DNA from: Malacoraja senta | Lineage: Eukaryota | Reading direction: 5' to 3' | Length of the DNA stretch: 64,000 nucleotides | Assembly: GCA_038087875.1 (NCBI GenBank) | Contig: CM075991.1 | Location: forward strand, 5,828,001-5,892,000 | In this document: one piece after another, positions 51,001 through 64,000 of the stretch | Numbering within the stretch: the stretch's first letter is position 1 | Layout: the number at the start of each line of letters is the position of its first letter | Translations under genes and position numbers: made by a program | The notes under the pieces: generated by a model | Databases searched by the model: none | Told to the model about the DNA's origin: nothing | Seen by the model: the letters and a program-made list of their open reading frames with translations, nothing else

Positions 51001-53442
51001 ACAAAAAGTGAGACCTCCGGTGTTTATTCGACTATTATCTTGCATTGGCTATTATTACCAGAATGTATAATTCATGTGATGCAGCCAAGTACCTCGAAAT
51101 CCCGAGTCCAGGGTTGTCCTTCATAATTTCTGCACTAGTTTTACATCTCCTGACACTATTAAACATAATTAAGGGAAAAAGAAAAACATAAAATGAAGTG
51201 TTCATAAAGATTGTTAAATCATACAACGCATAATAGTGAATAAACAAAAAAAGTGAATGTAAGTTATCAAAAAGGCGATATCTTACAAAAAAGCTACCTA
51301 CGGTGGCTAAGATTTGTTTTAAATTGACCTCCGTCGATGGAATTATGCACTGGGCTTTGTCCCCCTAGTAAAATATCATCCAACATTAGTTGGTTTCCTC
51401 CACATAACCAAAATTATCATGTCAGGTCGATTAATAGCCAAAAAATTTAAAATAAAATAGAAGAAAAGCTAGAAGATTTACAATAAAATAAAATAGAATT
51501 ATTATCGTCATTAATCATAAAGTAGTTTAACCCATCTAATAAAATTTTCTCCCGTATTAAATTTTTCGAGTACCTTATATAAATACTGCCATTCTACCTG
51601 ATCAAATGCCTTCTCTGCATCCAGCGTAACGACTGAAATATCTTCAATGTCCTCTTTGTGAGAGTTCATTATATTGAAAAGCCTTCTCAAGTTATTAAAT
51701 GGTTGTCTTTTGGGTATAAATCCCGTTTGATCCGGGTTTACCAATTTATTAATATAATTATTCAGTCTTCTTGCTAGAATCTTTGCTAAAATTTTCTGAT
51801 CCGTATTTAAAAGTGATATAGCTCTGTAAGAACCCGGTTCATCTAAATCTTTATCTTTTTTTGGTACAAGCGTTATTGTTGATTCTGCTAAAGTTTCTGG
51901 TAGTTTATTTTCGGTATAAGCCTGCGTGTATAAGTTGAGTAATCTTGGTACAAGTGACTCCTGAAAGCGTTTATAAAATTCATTACTAATACCATCTGGT
52001 CCTGGGGTCTTCCCAATTTTCAATTAGTTTATTATTTGTTTTATTTCTTCACTAGTAATCCGTGCTCCTAATTCCTCTTGTTCTAAACTATCCAATTTAG
52101 GGAGGTTGCAAATATCTAAACAATTTGTAATTTTACTATCATCTGTATTTATTTTAGTTGTGTATAAATTATGATAAAATTGGGCAAACATTTTATTAAT
52201 ATCCTTTGGTAATGTTAGAAGCTCACCCTTATCAGATTTAATTTTAGTGATAGTATTTGCCTTTTCTTGTTGCTTCAGTTGCCTCGCTAATAATTTATGT
52301 GGCTTATCCCCAAATTCGAAGTGTGCCTGTTTTGTAATTTGGAATAGTCTTATTACTCTACCCGATAATATTCTATTGAGTTTATATTTCAATAAGGTTA
52401 TCTTATTATGTTTATCTATAGTTGGGTCACTTGCATTGTCCAGTTCTAGTAATTTTATTTCCTGTTCTACCCTCTGAAGTTCACTTTTATTTTCTTTATT
52501 TTGATAACTTTCATAAGAGATTATAACACTGCGAATGTATGCCTTAAAGGTTTCCCATAATAGCGATACAGAAATACCCGGCGTATCATTTGTCTCGAAA
52601 AAAAATGGTGTTTCTTCTTTTATATACTCATAACCCTGCGGGTTATTTAATATTTGTGCGTTGAATTTCCAAAAAGATTTTATACCCGGCATTCCCTCGA
52701 TTTTAAGTATAAAAGTCAGTGGTGAATGATCGGAAATAATACTATTATGATATGATGGTTTAATTGTATACGGGATTAATTTTGTATCCACTAAGAAATA
52801 GTCAATTCGTGAATAAGTTTTATGAGGCGACGAGTAAAACGAATATTCCCTTCCAATTGAGTTTGCTATTCTCCAAACGTCAGTTATGTTATTATTTTTT
52901 ATATAAGTATTTAAAAATTCACAGGTCTTAGTTTTAACTAGACGCTTCCCTACCTTTATTGATTTATCTAAGAATGGATCTATAACACAATTAAAATCTC
53001 CCCCCATTATAATATTTTGATAATTATGCTCTGCAATTATATCTAGTATTTTCTTAAAAAATTGGGGATTATCAAAATTAGGCGCATAAATATTTATCAT
53101 AGTTAATGGTGTATTGTAAATTTCTCCCGTGACTATAACGTATCTTCCCTCTTTATCAGATATGGACTTCTTTAATTTAAAAGGTATACCTTTCCGAATT
53201 ATAATGACCGTGCCTCTTGCTTTAGAAGTGAATGAGGAGTAGTAGGTTTGACCTATCCAGTTTGCCCTTAATCTGATCTGCGTTTGTTGTTTCAAATGCG
53301 TTTCTTGTAGGAAAGCAATATCAATGTTTAATGATTTTAATTGTGCCAGAATTTTACCCCTCTTAATTGGCTCATTCGCACCTCTAATGTTCCAACTACA
53401 AAAAGTGAGACCTCCGGTGTTTATTCGACTATTATCTTGCAT
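48091..53442 (-). pseudogene. L1 ORF2p, rearranged, with nonsense codons
   Basis: EN 52024-53442, partial RT 51511-52023, second truncated EN 50446-51045, RT 49603-50445, C-terminus 48091-49494. Confidence 0.95.
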
Positions 53443-54357
53443 TGGCTATTATTACCAGAATGTATAATTCATGTGATGCAGCCAAGTACCTCGAAATCCC
53501 GAGTCCAGGGTTGTCCTTCATAATTTCTGCACTAGTTTTACATCTCCTGACACTATTAAACATAATTAAGGGAAAAAGAAAAACATAAAATGAAGTGTTC
53601 ATAAAGATTGTTAAATCATACAACGCATAATAGTGAATAAACAAAAAAAGTGAATGTAAGTTATCAAAAAGGCGATATCTTACAAAAAAGCTACCTACGG
53701 TGGCTAAGATTTGTTTTAAATTGACCTCCGTCGATGGAATTATGCACTGGGCTTTGTCCCCCTAGTAAAATATCATCCAACATTAGTTGGTTTCCTCCAC
53801 ATAACCAAAATTATCATGTCAGGTCGATTAATAGCCAAAAAATTTAAAATAAAATAGAAGAAAAGCTAGAAGATTTACAATAAAATAAAATAGAATTATT
53901 ATCGTCATTAATCAGACTTTTCATTAGCCTGTATGTTAGTTGATTCGTAATTAGTATTTAGAATATCTGTCTAACCTCCCCCATCCTTCCTACTATATAG
54001 TTAGTCATGTTAGTATAATACATTAAACCTTTAGGGTTAATTTAGTTTATTGCGTATATATAATTAATTAGTTAGTTAGTTATATGCTGTATATCTAAAT
54101 AATAGATCATATAGTACTAAGACAAAGGCAGACCAACAAGACTGTTATAAATTCAAAAAAGAACAGTCAATAAAACTCAGGGCTGAAAAACTTGGCGCAG
54201 AGCCTGCGACCTTGAACTTTCCATCTGTTGAGCCTCAGTTTTTCAATTCAAGATAAAGTTGGGACTCTGTTATTAAAAAACACATTCTGGCCAAATAAGT
54301 ATGTCTGAAAACCGTCTAAACAAAGTAAAAAACAAGTTCAGCCGGCGTAGTGTCTCG

Positions 54358-55473
54358 TTATTCTTTTCCTTGAATTTTATTTAAAATCTCCTGGGCATAT
54401 TTGCAAGCTGAATCCGGATCCGTGAATGAACGTTGCTTAGCATTGTACGTAATTAACATTTTAGCAGGGTAGATAACTCCGTAACGAACTTCAGAATGTC
54501 CTTGTACGATACTGCTTGCACTTTTAAACTGGCGTATTTTTGCCAGTATTTCCCGAGGGTAGTCTCTGTAAAATCTAACAATATTATCAGCGAATGTAAG
54601 ATTTTCTCCATAAGATATCTTGTTTAATAAATTTTCCAAAGTCGAAATGTCTAAGAACTTTACAATAATTTGACGTGGTGGAGCATTCGCTCCTCTTTGG
54701 AAGCGACCAACACGATGAGCCACATCTATCTTTGGTTTTTCTGGCAGTTTGAAAACATCTTTACGTAAATTAGTGATAAAATCACCCATTTCAGAGCCGT
54801 GCTCTGCCCCCTCTTTAACTCCTATTATTCTCAAATTCTGCCTCCTTGACCTGGCTTCCAAATCTTGACATTTCTCATTCAGTTTATTCGTCAGCTCCCA
54901 ATTCGCGTCGTGTTCTTTTTTCAAACCTGTTATTTCCTGGCCCATCTGCTGCATTTCACCCTCCATCTCTTCCATCAATGTTTCAGTCTTTGTTAATTGC
55001 TTCAGCAGGGAGTCATGTTTATTGTTATAATCTCTCTGCATTCTTTCCAATTCCTTAGCAGTCCTCGACTCCAAATCTTTGAACTGCTGGTTCAGGGATA
55101 CGTAAAGTTCCTTTAATTCTCCACAGCTAGTGTCAATTTTCTCAGAGAGATTATCCTCCATTGAAGAAAAATTGTTCTGCATTCTGGAATTCATTTTAGC
55201 AAATTGCTTCTGAAGATCTTTAGTAATGTCTTTAGTAATATTAACTCTTACCGATGCTTCCCAGCTTTTCATTTCTTTCTCCCTTTCTTTTAACTCTTTT
55301 GTTTCAGCACTTGCAGCCATTTCGACTGTTGGTTGTTGAGATTCTAGCTCCTCTTCCAAACTTTCAAATGTAGATTCAGGAGTGGTTTCAAGCTCATCCA
55401 GAGCTTTTTGGAGCTGGAGCTGGAGACTGATTGTAGTCTTCTTGGGTCCTCTCTGACCTCTTCCCTTTTTCAT
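54358..55473 (-). CDS. L1 ORF1p, 371 aa, open (copy 2)
   Basis: Near-identical to 8860-9975. Confidence 0.93.
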   Translation of the reverse strand: MKKGRGQRGPKKTTISLQLQLQKALDELETTPESTFESLEEELESQQPTVEMAASAETKELKEREKEMKSWEASVRVNITKDITKDLQKQFAKMNSRMQNNFSSMEDNLSEKIDTSCGELKELYVSLNQQFKDLESRTAKELERMQRDYNNKHDSLLKQLTKTETLMEEMEGEMQQMGQEITGLKKEHDANWELTNKLNEKCQDLEARSRRQNLRIIGVKEGAEHGSEMGDFITNLRKDVFKLPEKPKIDVAHRVGRFQRGANAPPRQIIVKFLDISTLENLLNKISYGENLTFADNIVRFYRDYPREILAKIRQFKSASSIVQGHSEVRYGVIYPAKMLITYNAKQRSFTDPDSACKYAQEILNKIQGKE

Positions 55474-55684
55474 CCGATTTTTACCGGTAAAATCGTTTTA
55501 AATCCCGATTCCACCGGCACCGTCTGATGACATCAGTACCCACGAGGTTCAGCAATCCCGGTAAGAGTTTTTAAATCGATCCTGGCGTAGGAACCGAGTT
55601 TATACACGATTTGTCGGGAGCAGAGCTCTGTGCAGCTGTCTTACTGCTTCATAGCAGCCACCGGAAGTCCGTACAGCGCATTTC

Positions 55685-56790
55685 AAGGACTCAAAGTCGC
55701 TTTACATGGAGAGTCAAGAACAAAATATAATAGAACAAAATAGGGCAATAAGACAGAGATGAAAAGGAGAGGGGGACATGGGACTAAGGGTATGCCGAGG
55801 TGAAGAGATGGGTCTTGAGGCGGGACTGGAGGATGGTGAGGGACTCAGAATTTCGGATCAATTGTGAGAGGGAGTTCCAGAGCCTGGGAACTGCCCTGGA
55901 GAAGGCTCTGTCTCCAAAAGTGCAGAGGTTGGATTTCGGAATGGAGAGGAGACCTACTGATATGGATCTGAGGGACCGAGAGGGTTGGTAGGGGGAGAGG
56001 AAGTCAGTGAGATAAGGGGGGGGCAAGTGGTTGAGGGCTTTGTAAATGAGGACCAGGATTTTGTAGATGATCCGGTGGGAAATGGGAAGGCAGTGAAGTT
56101 CTTTGAGAACTGGGGTGATGTGGTGCCATGATTTGGTGTGGGTGATGAGTTGCGCGGCTACATTCTAGAACAGTTGGAGTCTGTTGATGTTGCTGGAATT
56201 AATGCGAAAGAGAAGAGAGTTACAGTAGTCCAGTCGGGAGGAGATGAAGGCATGGATGAGTCTTTCAGCAGCGGGGGGTGTGAGAGCGGGTCTGATTTTG
56301 GCAATGATGCGGAGGTGAAAAAATGATGTTTTGATAACATGGCGGATGTGAGGCTCAAGGGAGAGTGTTGAGTCAAAGATCACGCCAAGGTTGCGGGCCT
56401 GAGGAGATGGGGAGACAGTGGTGCCGTCAAATGTGAGAGTGGTGTTGTGAATTTTGGTAAGTGTTGATTTGGAGCCAATGAGGAGAAATTCTGTTTTGTT
56501 ACTGTTTAATTTAAGGAAGTTGAGTTGCATCCAAGATTTGATGGCTGACAGGCAGGAGTTGATATGGGAGAGAGGGGGTAGTGGGAGGACTTGGTGCTGA
56601 GATAGATCTGGGTGTCATCAGCATAGCAATGGAAGTCCACATTGAAGTGACGGAGTATATGACCATGGGGGAGGATGTAATGATGAAGAGGAGGGGACCG
56701 AGAACGGAGCCTTGGGGAACGCCTTGAGTGACAGTGGCTGTGGCAGAGCTGTGGTTATGGAGAGAGATGAAGTGGGATCGGTTGGAAAGG
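55685..56790 (-). mobile_element. L2-clade LINE 3' fragment, copy 2 (tail at 47709-47733)
   Basis: Near-identical to 10187-11293. Confidence 0.92.
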
Positions 56791-57599
56791 TGAGGAACGG
56801 AGCCAGCTGAGAGCAGAACCTTCGTGCCAAGGTCTTTAAGTCTGGTAAGCACAGACACACACACAAACTAGATACTCAAACAAAGCAACACTTTTAGGGT
56901 TATTTTAGGTTAAAGGTAATAGCCCTCATTTGCAAAGGCACCATCGGTGGGTCTCTAACATAAATATAGGCTCATTTTAGCTTAAAATGAATACTCATCG
57001 AGAAAACATCAGAGCATTCGATTCTTGGTCAGGATTGACATTTATATCAGAAATCAGACAGGTCTCTTACAGGTCTGTCACCCAGCCTGGCACTGCCCCA
57101 GTCCCACTATGGCAGTTAACCCTACACTCCACACTATGGCAGTCAATGGGGTTCAGTAAACGGGGTAACACAGAGGATCTGCCCTGACCCTTAAATTAGG
57201 CAGGTTCATGAACCCTTAAAACCTGGGACCTCTGCTGCAGTCTCATTAAATCTCCTATTAAAGCGACAGGAAGATGCCTTGCAGGACTGCCCCCCAGCCT
57301 GGAACTGCCGCAGTCCCATCATGGCCGCGACCCCACCTCTGCACAATGGCAGTCAGTGAGGTTCTGTAAAGAGAGGAAACCACAAGAACTGCCCTCACCC
57401 ATTAATTAGGCTGGTTCAGGAGCAGGACCTCTGCGACAGTGTCATTAAAAAAGTACTCACAATTATATTCATCATATTATTTTTATATTATATTATTATA
57501 CTTAATTATATATTATTACAGTCATATTTGTCATATATATATATAGGTATAATAATATATAGTTTAAATGGACTGCAACACGGAAATAGGCTGCCCATG

Positions 57600-58800
57600 G
57601 TGTAATATGGGCATTGGCTACTAGATGGCGCTTACTTTGCCGATCATATTTTCTATTTAGTTTAATTAATTAATGTGCAACATTTGGCACTGACGAGTTA
57701 TGACATCCTTCTCAATTATATTTCATCTAAATCTGTGGAAAATTCCATGTAGTTCCGTGAGGTGGGTCACGAAAATCGATTTCTAGACACATTTTTGATG
57801 CTCGGCCCACAGCCTATATGTGTTTTTATTCCTTTCCACTTCAACTGTTCTATTAAAAAGATATGGAATAATTCCCACGTGGGTGTTGAGCACCATTCCG
57901 CAATTTCCAACCCCGGAAGGTTCAACGTCACCAGAATGTGACGGGAATGGGGAACAGAAGTTACCTTTTCTTCCTTCGGGGGCATCACGTACCCGTGACC
58001 ATCTACCACCTTAACATCCTCATCATAGAGGGTTGGGCGTACGGCAGTTGTGGCTCTGGATAAGGGAGTTGACCATCTATTTAACCACACCATGCCACCT
58101 TGATCTCCACATACTACAGTAATGGGGTCTTTGGAATTACTTCGATGTATAATAAACCGCATTTGACTCTCTCTCCTTTGATCCCCAGGGAGCCCCAAAC
58201 ACTACAATTCCAAAAATTCCACGCAACATTTTTGCCATTCGCAACGCACCGCTTGCTCTGTCAATAATGTAGCTCAATTTGTGCAAGTGACTGTATTTAC
58301 ATCATTAACAACCGTACTCATTCCATCAATTTTCAGTTAGGGTTTCTGATGATTAAATGTTGTGCCGTTGACTCTTAACTCCAGCCTGATGCATGCATTA
58401 TTTGAATCCCTGTGGAAATAAAAACAAATCCAGCCCCTTGCCAGTTGTGTTAGTTCAATTCTTCCTTTATGGTTTATACTGTTTCTACTGAATTCAATGT
58501 TTCCGTTTAGCAGTCCTTTTCATGTCCATGAGAAAACATATTTCAACTTCCAATTTTACACCATGTAGCCCACCCACCAGGGCTGGAGACCAGCCCATTC
58601 CGGGAGAATTCTAACCATTACCTGATTTCCGTTCTTCCACATTTTAGCTTAAATTCTTACTTTTCCTTTTCCTAATATTTGATCCTCTAATGAACAAATA
58701 ACTCATAATTAAGTTGAAGACATTTATTTACTAACTCTTGTATGTACCCAATATTTTTCCATTTCCATTGCAGGCATGTGCTCCTATTGTTTTTACATCT
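57600..58800 (-). mobile_element. Retrovirus-like relic, copy 2 (extends further 3' than copy 1)
   Basis: Paralogue of 11893-12878. ORF 57767-58198 continues past the copy 1 deletion point. Confidence 0.5.
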
Positions 58801-60786
58801 TCAGTAGGTGGATAACTCACTGATATACAGAGAATTGTGAGCTGTTGCATTTTGGGACGTCGAACAAGGGAAGGACATACACAGTAAATGGTAGGACTCC
58901 GGATAGTGTTGTAGAACAGAGGGATCTAGGAGTACGTGCATCGTTCCTTGAAGGTCGAGTCGCAGGTAGATAATGTGGTCAAATAGGCTTTTGGCACTTT
59001 GGCCTTCATCAGTCAGAGTATTGAATATAGAAGTTGGGAGTTCATGTTGCAGTTGTATAAGACGTTGGTGCGACCGCATCTAGAATATTATGTTCAGTTC
59101 TGGGCACTATGTTATAGGAAAGATATTGTCAAGCTTGAAAATGTTCAGAAAAGATTTACGAGGATGTTGCTAGGACTGGAGGGTGTGAGTTATAGGGAGA
59201 GGTTGAGTAGTCTATTCCATGCAGAGGAGGAGGATGAGGGGTGGTCTTGTAGAGGTGTACAAAATCATGAGAGAAATAGATCGGGTAGATGCAGAGAGTC
59301 TCTGGCCCAGAATAAAGCTATCGATTGCCAGAAGACTTAGGTTCAAGGAAATGATTTAATAGGAATCCGAGGGGCAACTTTTCCACACAAAGAGTGGTGA
59401 GTGTGTGGAACAAGCTGCCAGAAGAGGTAGTTGAAGTTGGGACTATCCCATATTTTAAGAAACAGTTAGACAGGTTTGGAGGGATAGGGACCAAGCGCAG
59501 GTTAGTCAAGTCGGCAGAGGAGCGGCAGGTGAAGGAGTGAGTGAGGGTATTGGCTGAGGAATGTAATTACCAAAAAACGGTAAGTTAGCGAATTGGTCAA
59601 TTTATCAGCTAATATAAGCAAGGCTTGCTGTAGGGTAGCGGCCTGTCGGGGAGCGGCTTTCAATAGCGAATAACCTTGTGAGAAAAGTGGGAGTCGTTTG
59701 ATCGTGAGTCTTGTGAGAAAAGTACGAGTCTTTGGCTCGAGAGTCTTCATCGAGGAGGCTGAGTCGCAGAGAAGAAATGTCAGGTACGCTGATTCAGTGC
59801 GATGCTTGCACGATGTAGGAGGATAGGGACACTGCTGGTACTTCTGGCTGTTACAAGTGTGGAAATGTTCTGGTTCAGCTCCTGAAGGACCGTGTTGGGG
59901 CACTGGAGAGGCAACTGGATGACCTCAGGATCATCCAGGAAAACGAGAGTTTGCTGGACAGGATATACAGCGAGATCGTTACACCGAAAGTACCAGAAGA
60001 GAGAAGGTGGGTGACGACGAGGAAGGAAAGGAAGCTGGAGAGTATAGGAAACCCCGGGGGATGTACCTCTTGAAAACAGGTTCACCCTCTTGGAAGCTGT
60101 CGGGACAAAAGACACTGCCATTCTGAGTGGGGAACAGGTCTGCGAGTCAAAACGTAGCGCTGAAGCAAAGCCGAAGTGACAGACGTCAGGCAGAGTAGTC
60201 GGGGACGATCGCGAGAGGTGCCAAGAGAGCCAAATTGGAAATATAACAGTGGAATTAAGGAGAAAGATAGGAAAAGTTAAGAAAGTCACCAGAATTAACG
60301 GGGCAGGGGCCACACAAAGGGATAGGAGAGTATGACCACGTGAAATAGGAATCGATGTGACAGGTGAGGTGAGTAATGGATTAAAAGTAATATATATGAA
60401 TGCGCGAAGTAAAATAAGTATAATGGATGGCGAGGCCGGTTCCAGTCGCCGTCAGCTCCTGAAGAAGCGCCCTCTCAAGATGGCGCGGCCTGGTCCTGTT
60501 GCCGTCGTGGCAGTTCCGCGATGATTGTGCGTTTTTTAAACTATTACTTTTATTTTTAATATCTTTCAGACTAACACATCAGCACTAACACTCTCCGATC
60601 GTAAAACACTTTAAAACTTTTAAAGCATAACCAATTTTTTTGTAGACACTTTATTCACCGATCCAGCATGGCCGGCAGAGATCATTTGAGCGATCCGCGG
60701 CAACAAAGATGGGAGCACGGCTCCGGGAACAAGTCGGAAAAAAACATTGAGGTAAGCGGGAGGAGATGCGGAACAGGGAAAAAGCT

Positions 60787-63700
60787 TATTGAGTAAATCA
60801 CACATACTCACAGATCTGGTTTAACAATATTTATTAAGACACGTATACAAAACACTTCAGCATGTTACTCCTATCATGCAGAAGTTCTGACTGACAGCGC
60901 TGGTCGGGTTGCCATAATATTAATGGCGTGGTAGTAGGTGTGGCTTTAAATAATAAAGCTACATTAGTTAGTAGGTAAAGTAACAAAACTACATCTTTCT
61001 TGTAAGAATATAAAGTGAAACACATCTACAATAAAGTGATATATATGTAGAAGAACGTTACTAGCAGCTGACTGATTAATAATGTAACCGAAACGCTAAT
61101 AGCGCATACGTACTATTGATACAAACAAAGTCCCCATATCTAAAGGGCGGCCTACAAACCCATCCCGCGCGCATCGGTACAGATCCGCATCTCCTCCCTT
61201 CACCGTGCGGCGGGAGCACTGGGGACCCGGGGGACAAACACGGCGAGTAAGATGAGCGGAGCACCGAGCGCGGTGGCGAGGGAGCTGTAGTCACAATCAA
61301 TGGTTGGTCTGCAGCTGCACGTCGTGACAGAGGAGAAATTCCGTCAGTAGATGTGTAGATCGGAATCGTCGCATCAGGATACGAGACAGCAGGACGTGGT
61401 TCCTTCACAGGAAGGAGATGTTGACGCCTGTAGATCCCTCCGTCTGCACTCACCGGGCATGAGCGCGGCTCTTTTTCGAAATTGTGAATGGAGTTCAAAC
61501 GGTCCTAGCCCTTTTTGGTTTGAACGCGAGCGACTTGGCCACTGGAGAGAGGTTTATGTGGTCAAAAAATCGTGTTTGGTTATCGCGATTCAATTGATGT
61601 TGTTACCGAATGGCTAGTGGTGAACGAACCTGTGGCTGCAGTAGTTGTTTGGGCACAGGAAGTTCAGCACGGGTCTGTCGGGACATCAGGCGTTGGGCAG
61701 GAGACCCCAGTTTTGGGTCACAGGCGATGTTTCTCAGGTTTAGCAGGTGAGACATCGGATTTAGCGAAGTGTGAGCGCTCCATCAATTGCTTGGCGCTCC
61801 GGACAGCCCGTTCTGCAAGTCCACTTGATTGTGGGAATTCTGGACTGCTGGTGACATGGCGAAAATCCCATCGTTGAGCAAAGTTTCTAAAACACTGGCT
61901 AGTGAAATGACTCCGTTGTCTGACAAGTGGCGTGCGGGGGCACCGTGCACGGTGAAATGGTCGCCAGCTTTTCGATTACTGCAGCGGATGTTGGACTTTG
62001 GAGCAGGTCGATTTCGAACCAGCCCGAATACGAGTCAACGAGAACCAGATACTGTTTGCCATGCCACTCGAATATGTCAGTAGCAGGCGTGGACCAAGGC
62101 AGAGGAGAAACAGGGTGTGAGAGCAGGGGATGCTTCTGTTCGTGTGGCATCAGGCTGCTGCAGATAGCACAGGCTTAAACTTCCTCACGCATGAATTTGG
62201 TAATTCCGGGATAGTAAAAGATGCTCTGTGCTCGGAGTATGGTTGCTTACAAGCCGGGGTGACCCCCTGTGAACGACATCAAATGATTTATCTCATATGG
62301 CAGTTGGGATGACAGCTCAGTGACCCTTGATTATGACACCGCCCTGCAGCACCAGTTCATCGCGGACCAGGTAGTATGGGCAAATAGGAAGTGGAGCGTG
62401 ATATGGTTTATCCTGCCAGCCACGCCGGATGACAGAAGACAATAGCTGTAAAGTTGTATCCGCAGCCAGATGCTCTGCCAGGTCACTTAAACATTCTGTA
62501 GGTGCGTACAACACCATCATTACTGTGAAATGGTAATTTTCAGACAGCTGTTGTTCGCAGGTTGTTCGTGGGGTTGTTGATGTGTCAGCCAGATACATAT
62601 CCTTGTCCCTTTTGTAGACTAGGGTGAAATCGAAACTCTGTAGCTGCATCATCATCCGTTGCAGGTGAGCAGGAGCTGCAAGAATGGATTAATTCTGAAT
62701 AGTGAGAAACCGTTGGTGGTCTGTTTCGACAACCACGGACTTCCGAAAAATTAAGTCCTTGAATTTTGTGCGGGTAAAAACCACGGCTAGTAATTATTCT
62801 TTCGATCTTCAGTCCCAGACAAGGTACGGGAGGCGTAAGCAATAGGTCTGCAGTCTCCTTCGACGGAATTCTGTGGGCAAGCACATCCAAGTCCATATTG
62901 GGAAGCATCACACGTGAGTGTCACCGGTAGGTTTAAGGGTAGGGGCACAGGACAATAGTAATTTAAGCATTTCGAATGCCCTCTGGTGTTGTGGGTACCA
63001 AGACCATGTAGCGTCCTTGTGAGTTAGTTGTCGCAGAGGGGCAGATATTTTGTTGAGGTTGGGAATTAATTTCCCCAAGTAGTTAACCGTTCCCAGGAAT
63101 CTCTGCAAACTTGTCACGTCAGTGAGAACTGGTATCTCATTGATGCCAATGGTCTTGGAGAGGTCAGGTCTGTGGCCGTCACTGGTGAATACGTGTCCGA
63201 CATACAGGACCTCCTTGACCTGGAATCTGCTCTTCAGAGTGTTGAGCTTGCGGTGGATGTCTTTTGCACGGTCCAGTACTTTTTTTAATTGGCATCATGT
63301 TCAGCCATGTCGCGTCCAGCAACGAGAATGTCATCAAAAATGATGCCACGAGGATACCCAGTAAATAATTGCTCCATTGTACGCTGGAATACTTCGCTAG
63401 CAGAGTTGAAGTCAAAGGGCACCGCAAGAATTTGTACCGGCCAAACGGGGTGCCGAACGTGGTGAGTTTGGACTAATCGGGGTCCAGCGGGATCTCCCCG
63501 AACGAGCTGTTGGCATCCATAAAAGAAAACGCAGAGGCATTGCCCAGTTGAGCAGCGAATTCCTCCATCGTGCGCATTGGGTAGTGCGGGCGTTTGATCG
63601 CTGAGTTCAGGTCTCTGGTGTTGATACAAATTTGGATTTCTTCTTTAATTTTCTCCGTTGCGACCACCATGGTGGAAATCCAGTTGGTTGGGTCAGTAAC

Positions 63701-64000
63701 CGTGGCAATGACACCCAGGGGCACCACCATCTGGTGCTTATTGTGTACTCCGCCACGCATAGCATGTGGCATGCGGTGCGGTGCTCGTACCACAGGTAAG
63801 ACATTTGCATCATTGACGATGTTGCCTCTGATGGGTAGCTTCCTAAACTTATCGTCAAAATGTTCCTTGCACTGGGAAGTATCTGCTGGGTGGTGCCCTC
63901 GGCAGGAGAGATTTGATGGACAGCAGGCCCAAAAGTTACCAGTCCAAGGTCCTGGCATGCGTTAATGCCATGCAGAGTTGCAACTTTCCCACGGAAAGTT
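60787..64000 (-). mobile_element. Gypsy LTR retrotransposon, copy 2 (LTR 60787-60993; runs off window end)
   Basis: WSTPATDIFEWHGKQYLVLVDSYSGWFE and LQRFLGTVNYLGK; same LTR junction as copy 1. Confidence 0.93.

Larger units (their letters stand above)
47748..55670 (-). mobile_element. Full-length L1 family B, copy 2, with internal duplication (7.9 kb)
   Basis: Same TSD at 47734-47747 and 55671-55684. ORF1 at 54358-55473; spacer/EN/RT-start segment present twice. Confidence 0.97.
44062..63990 (+). repeat. Segmental duplication, copy 2 (direct repeat of 1-18054)
   Basis: Colinear with 1-18054. It differs by an internal L1 duplication/deletion, a shorter CA-rich tract and an extra ~430 bp at 57392-57820. 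Confidence 0.97.

Overview
Vertebrate, repeat-dense DNA, most likely from an elasmobranch (skate/ray-like). This is an inference from the HE1/V-SINE-like elements, the CR1 family with (TTTCTATG)n tails and the GPR139-like receptor type. The only host genes are two paralogous two-exon class A GPCRs of the GPR139/GPR142-like group: one intact at 22846-24805 (322 aa) and one with a premature stop at 39992-41951. They sit in a segmentally duplicated array: 1-18054 recurs at 44062-63990, 13158-16210 recurs inverted at 28291-31784, and 22302-25027 recurs at 38248-42176. The rest is nested mobile DNA: two L1 families (one full-length with a 14-bp TSD), L2, several CR1s, a Gypsy LTR element, a DIRS element split by a CR1, a Tc1 relic, V-SINEs and two palindromic Penelope-like insertions with 15-bp TSDs. 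The larger Penelope-like insertion carries hammerhead-ribozyme cores on both strands. The most unusual items are a degraded retrovirus-like integrase-end/env relic whose N- and C-terminal parts appear to survive in different duplicate copies, ligand-pocket-focused divergence between the GPCR paralogues, and an 8x reiterated 19-mer at the 5' end of a tiny CR1 insertion. All calls are by eye and no searches were run. Boundaries not anchored by a TSD or splice site are approximate.
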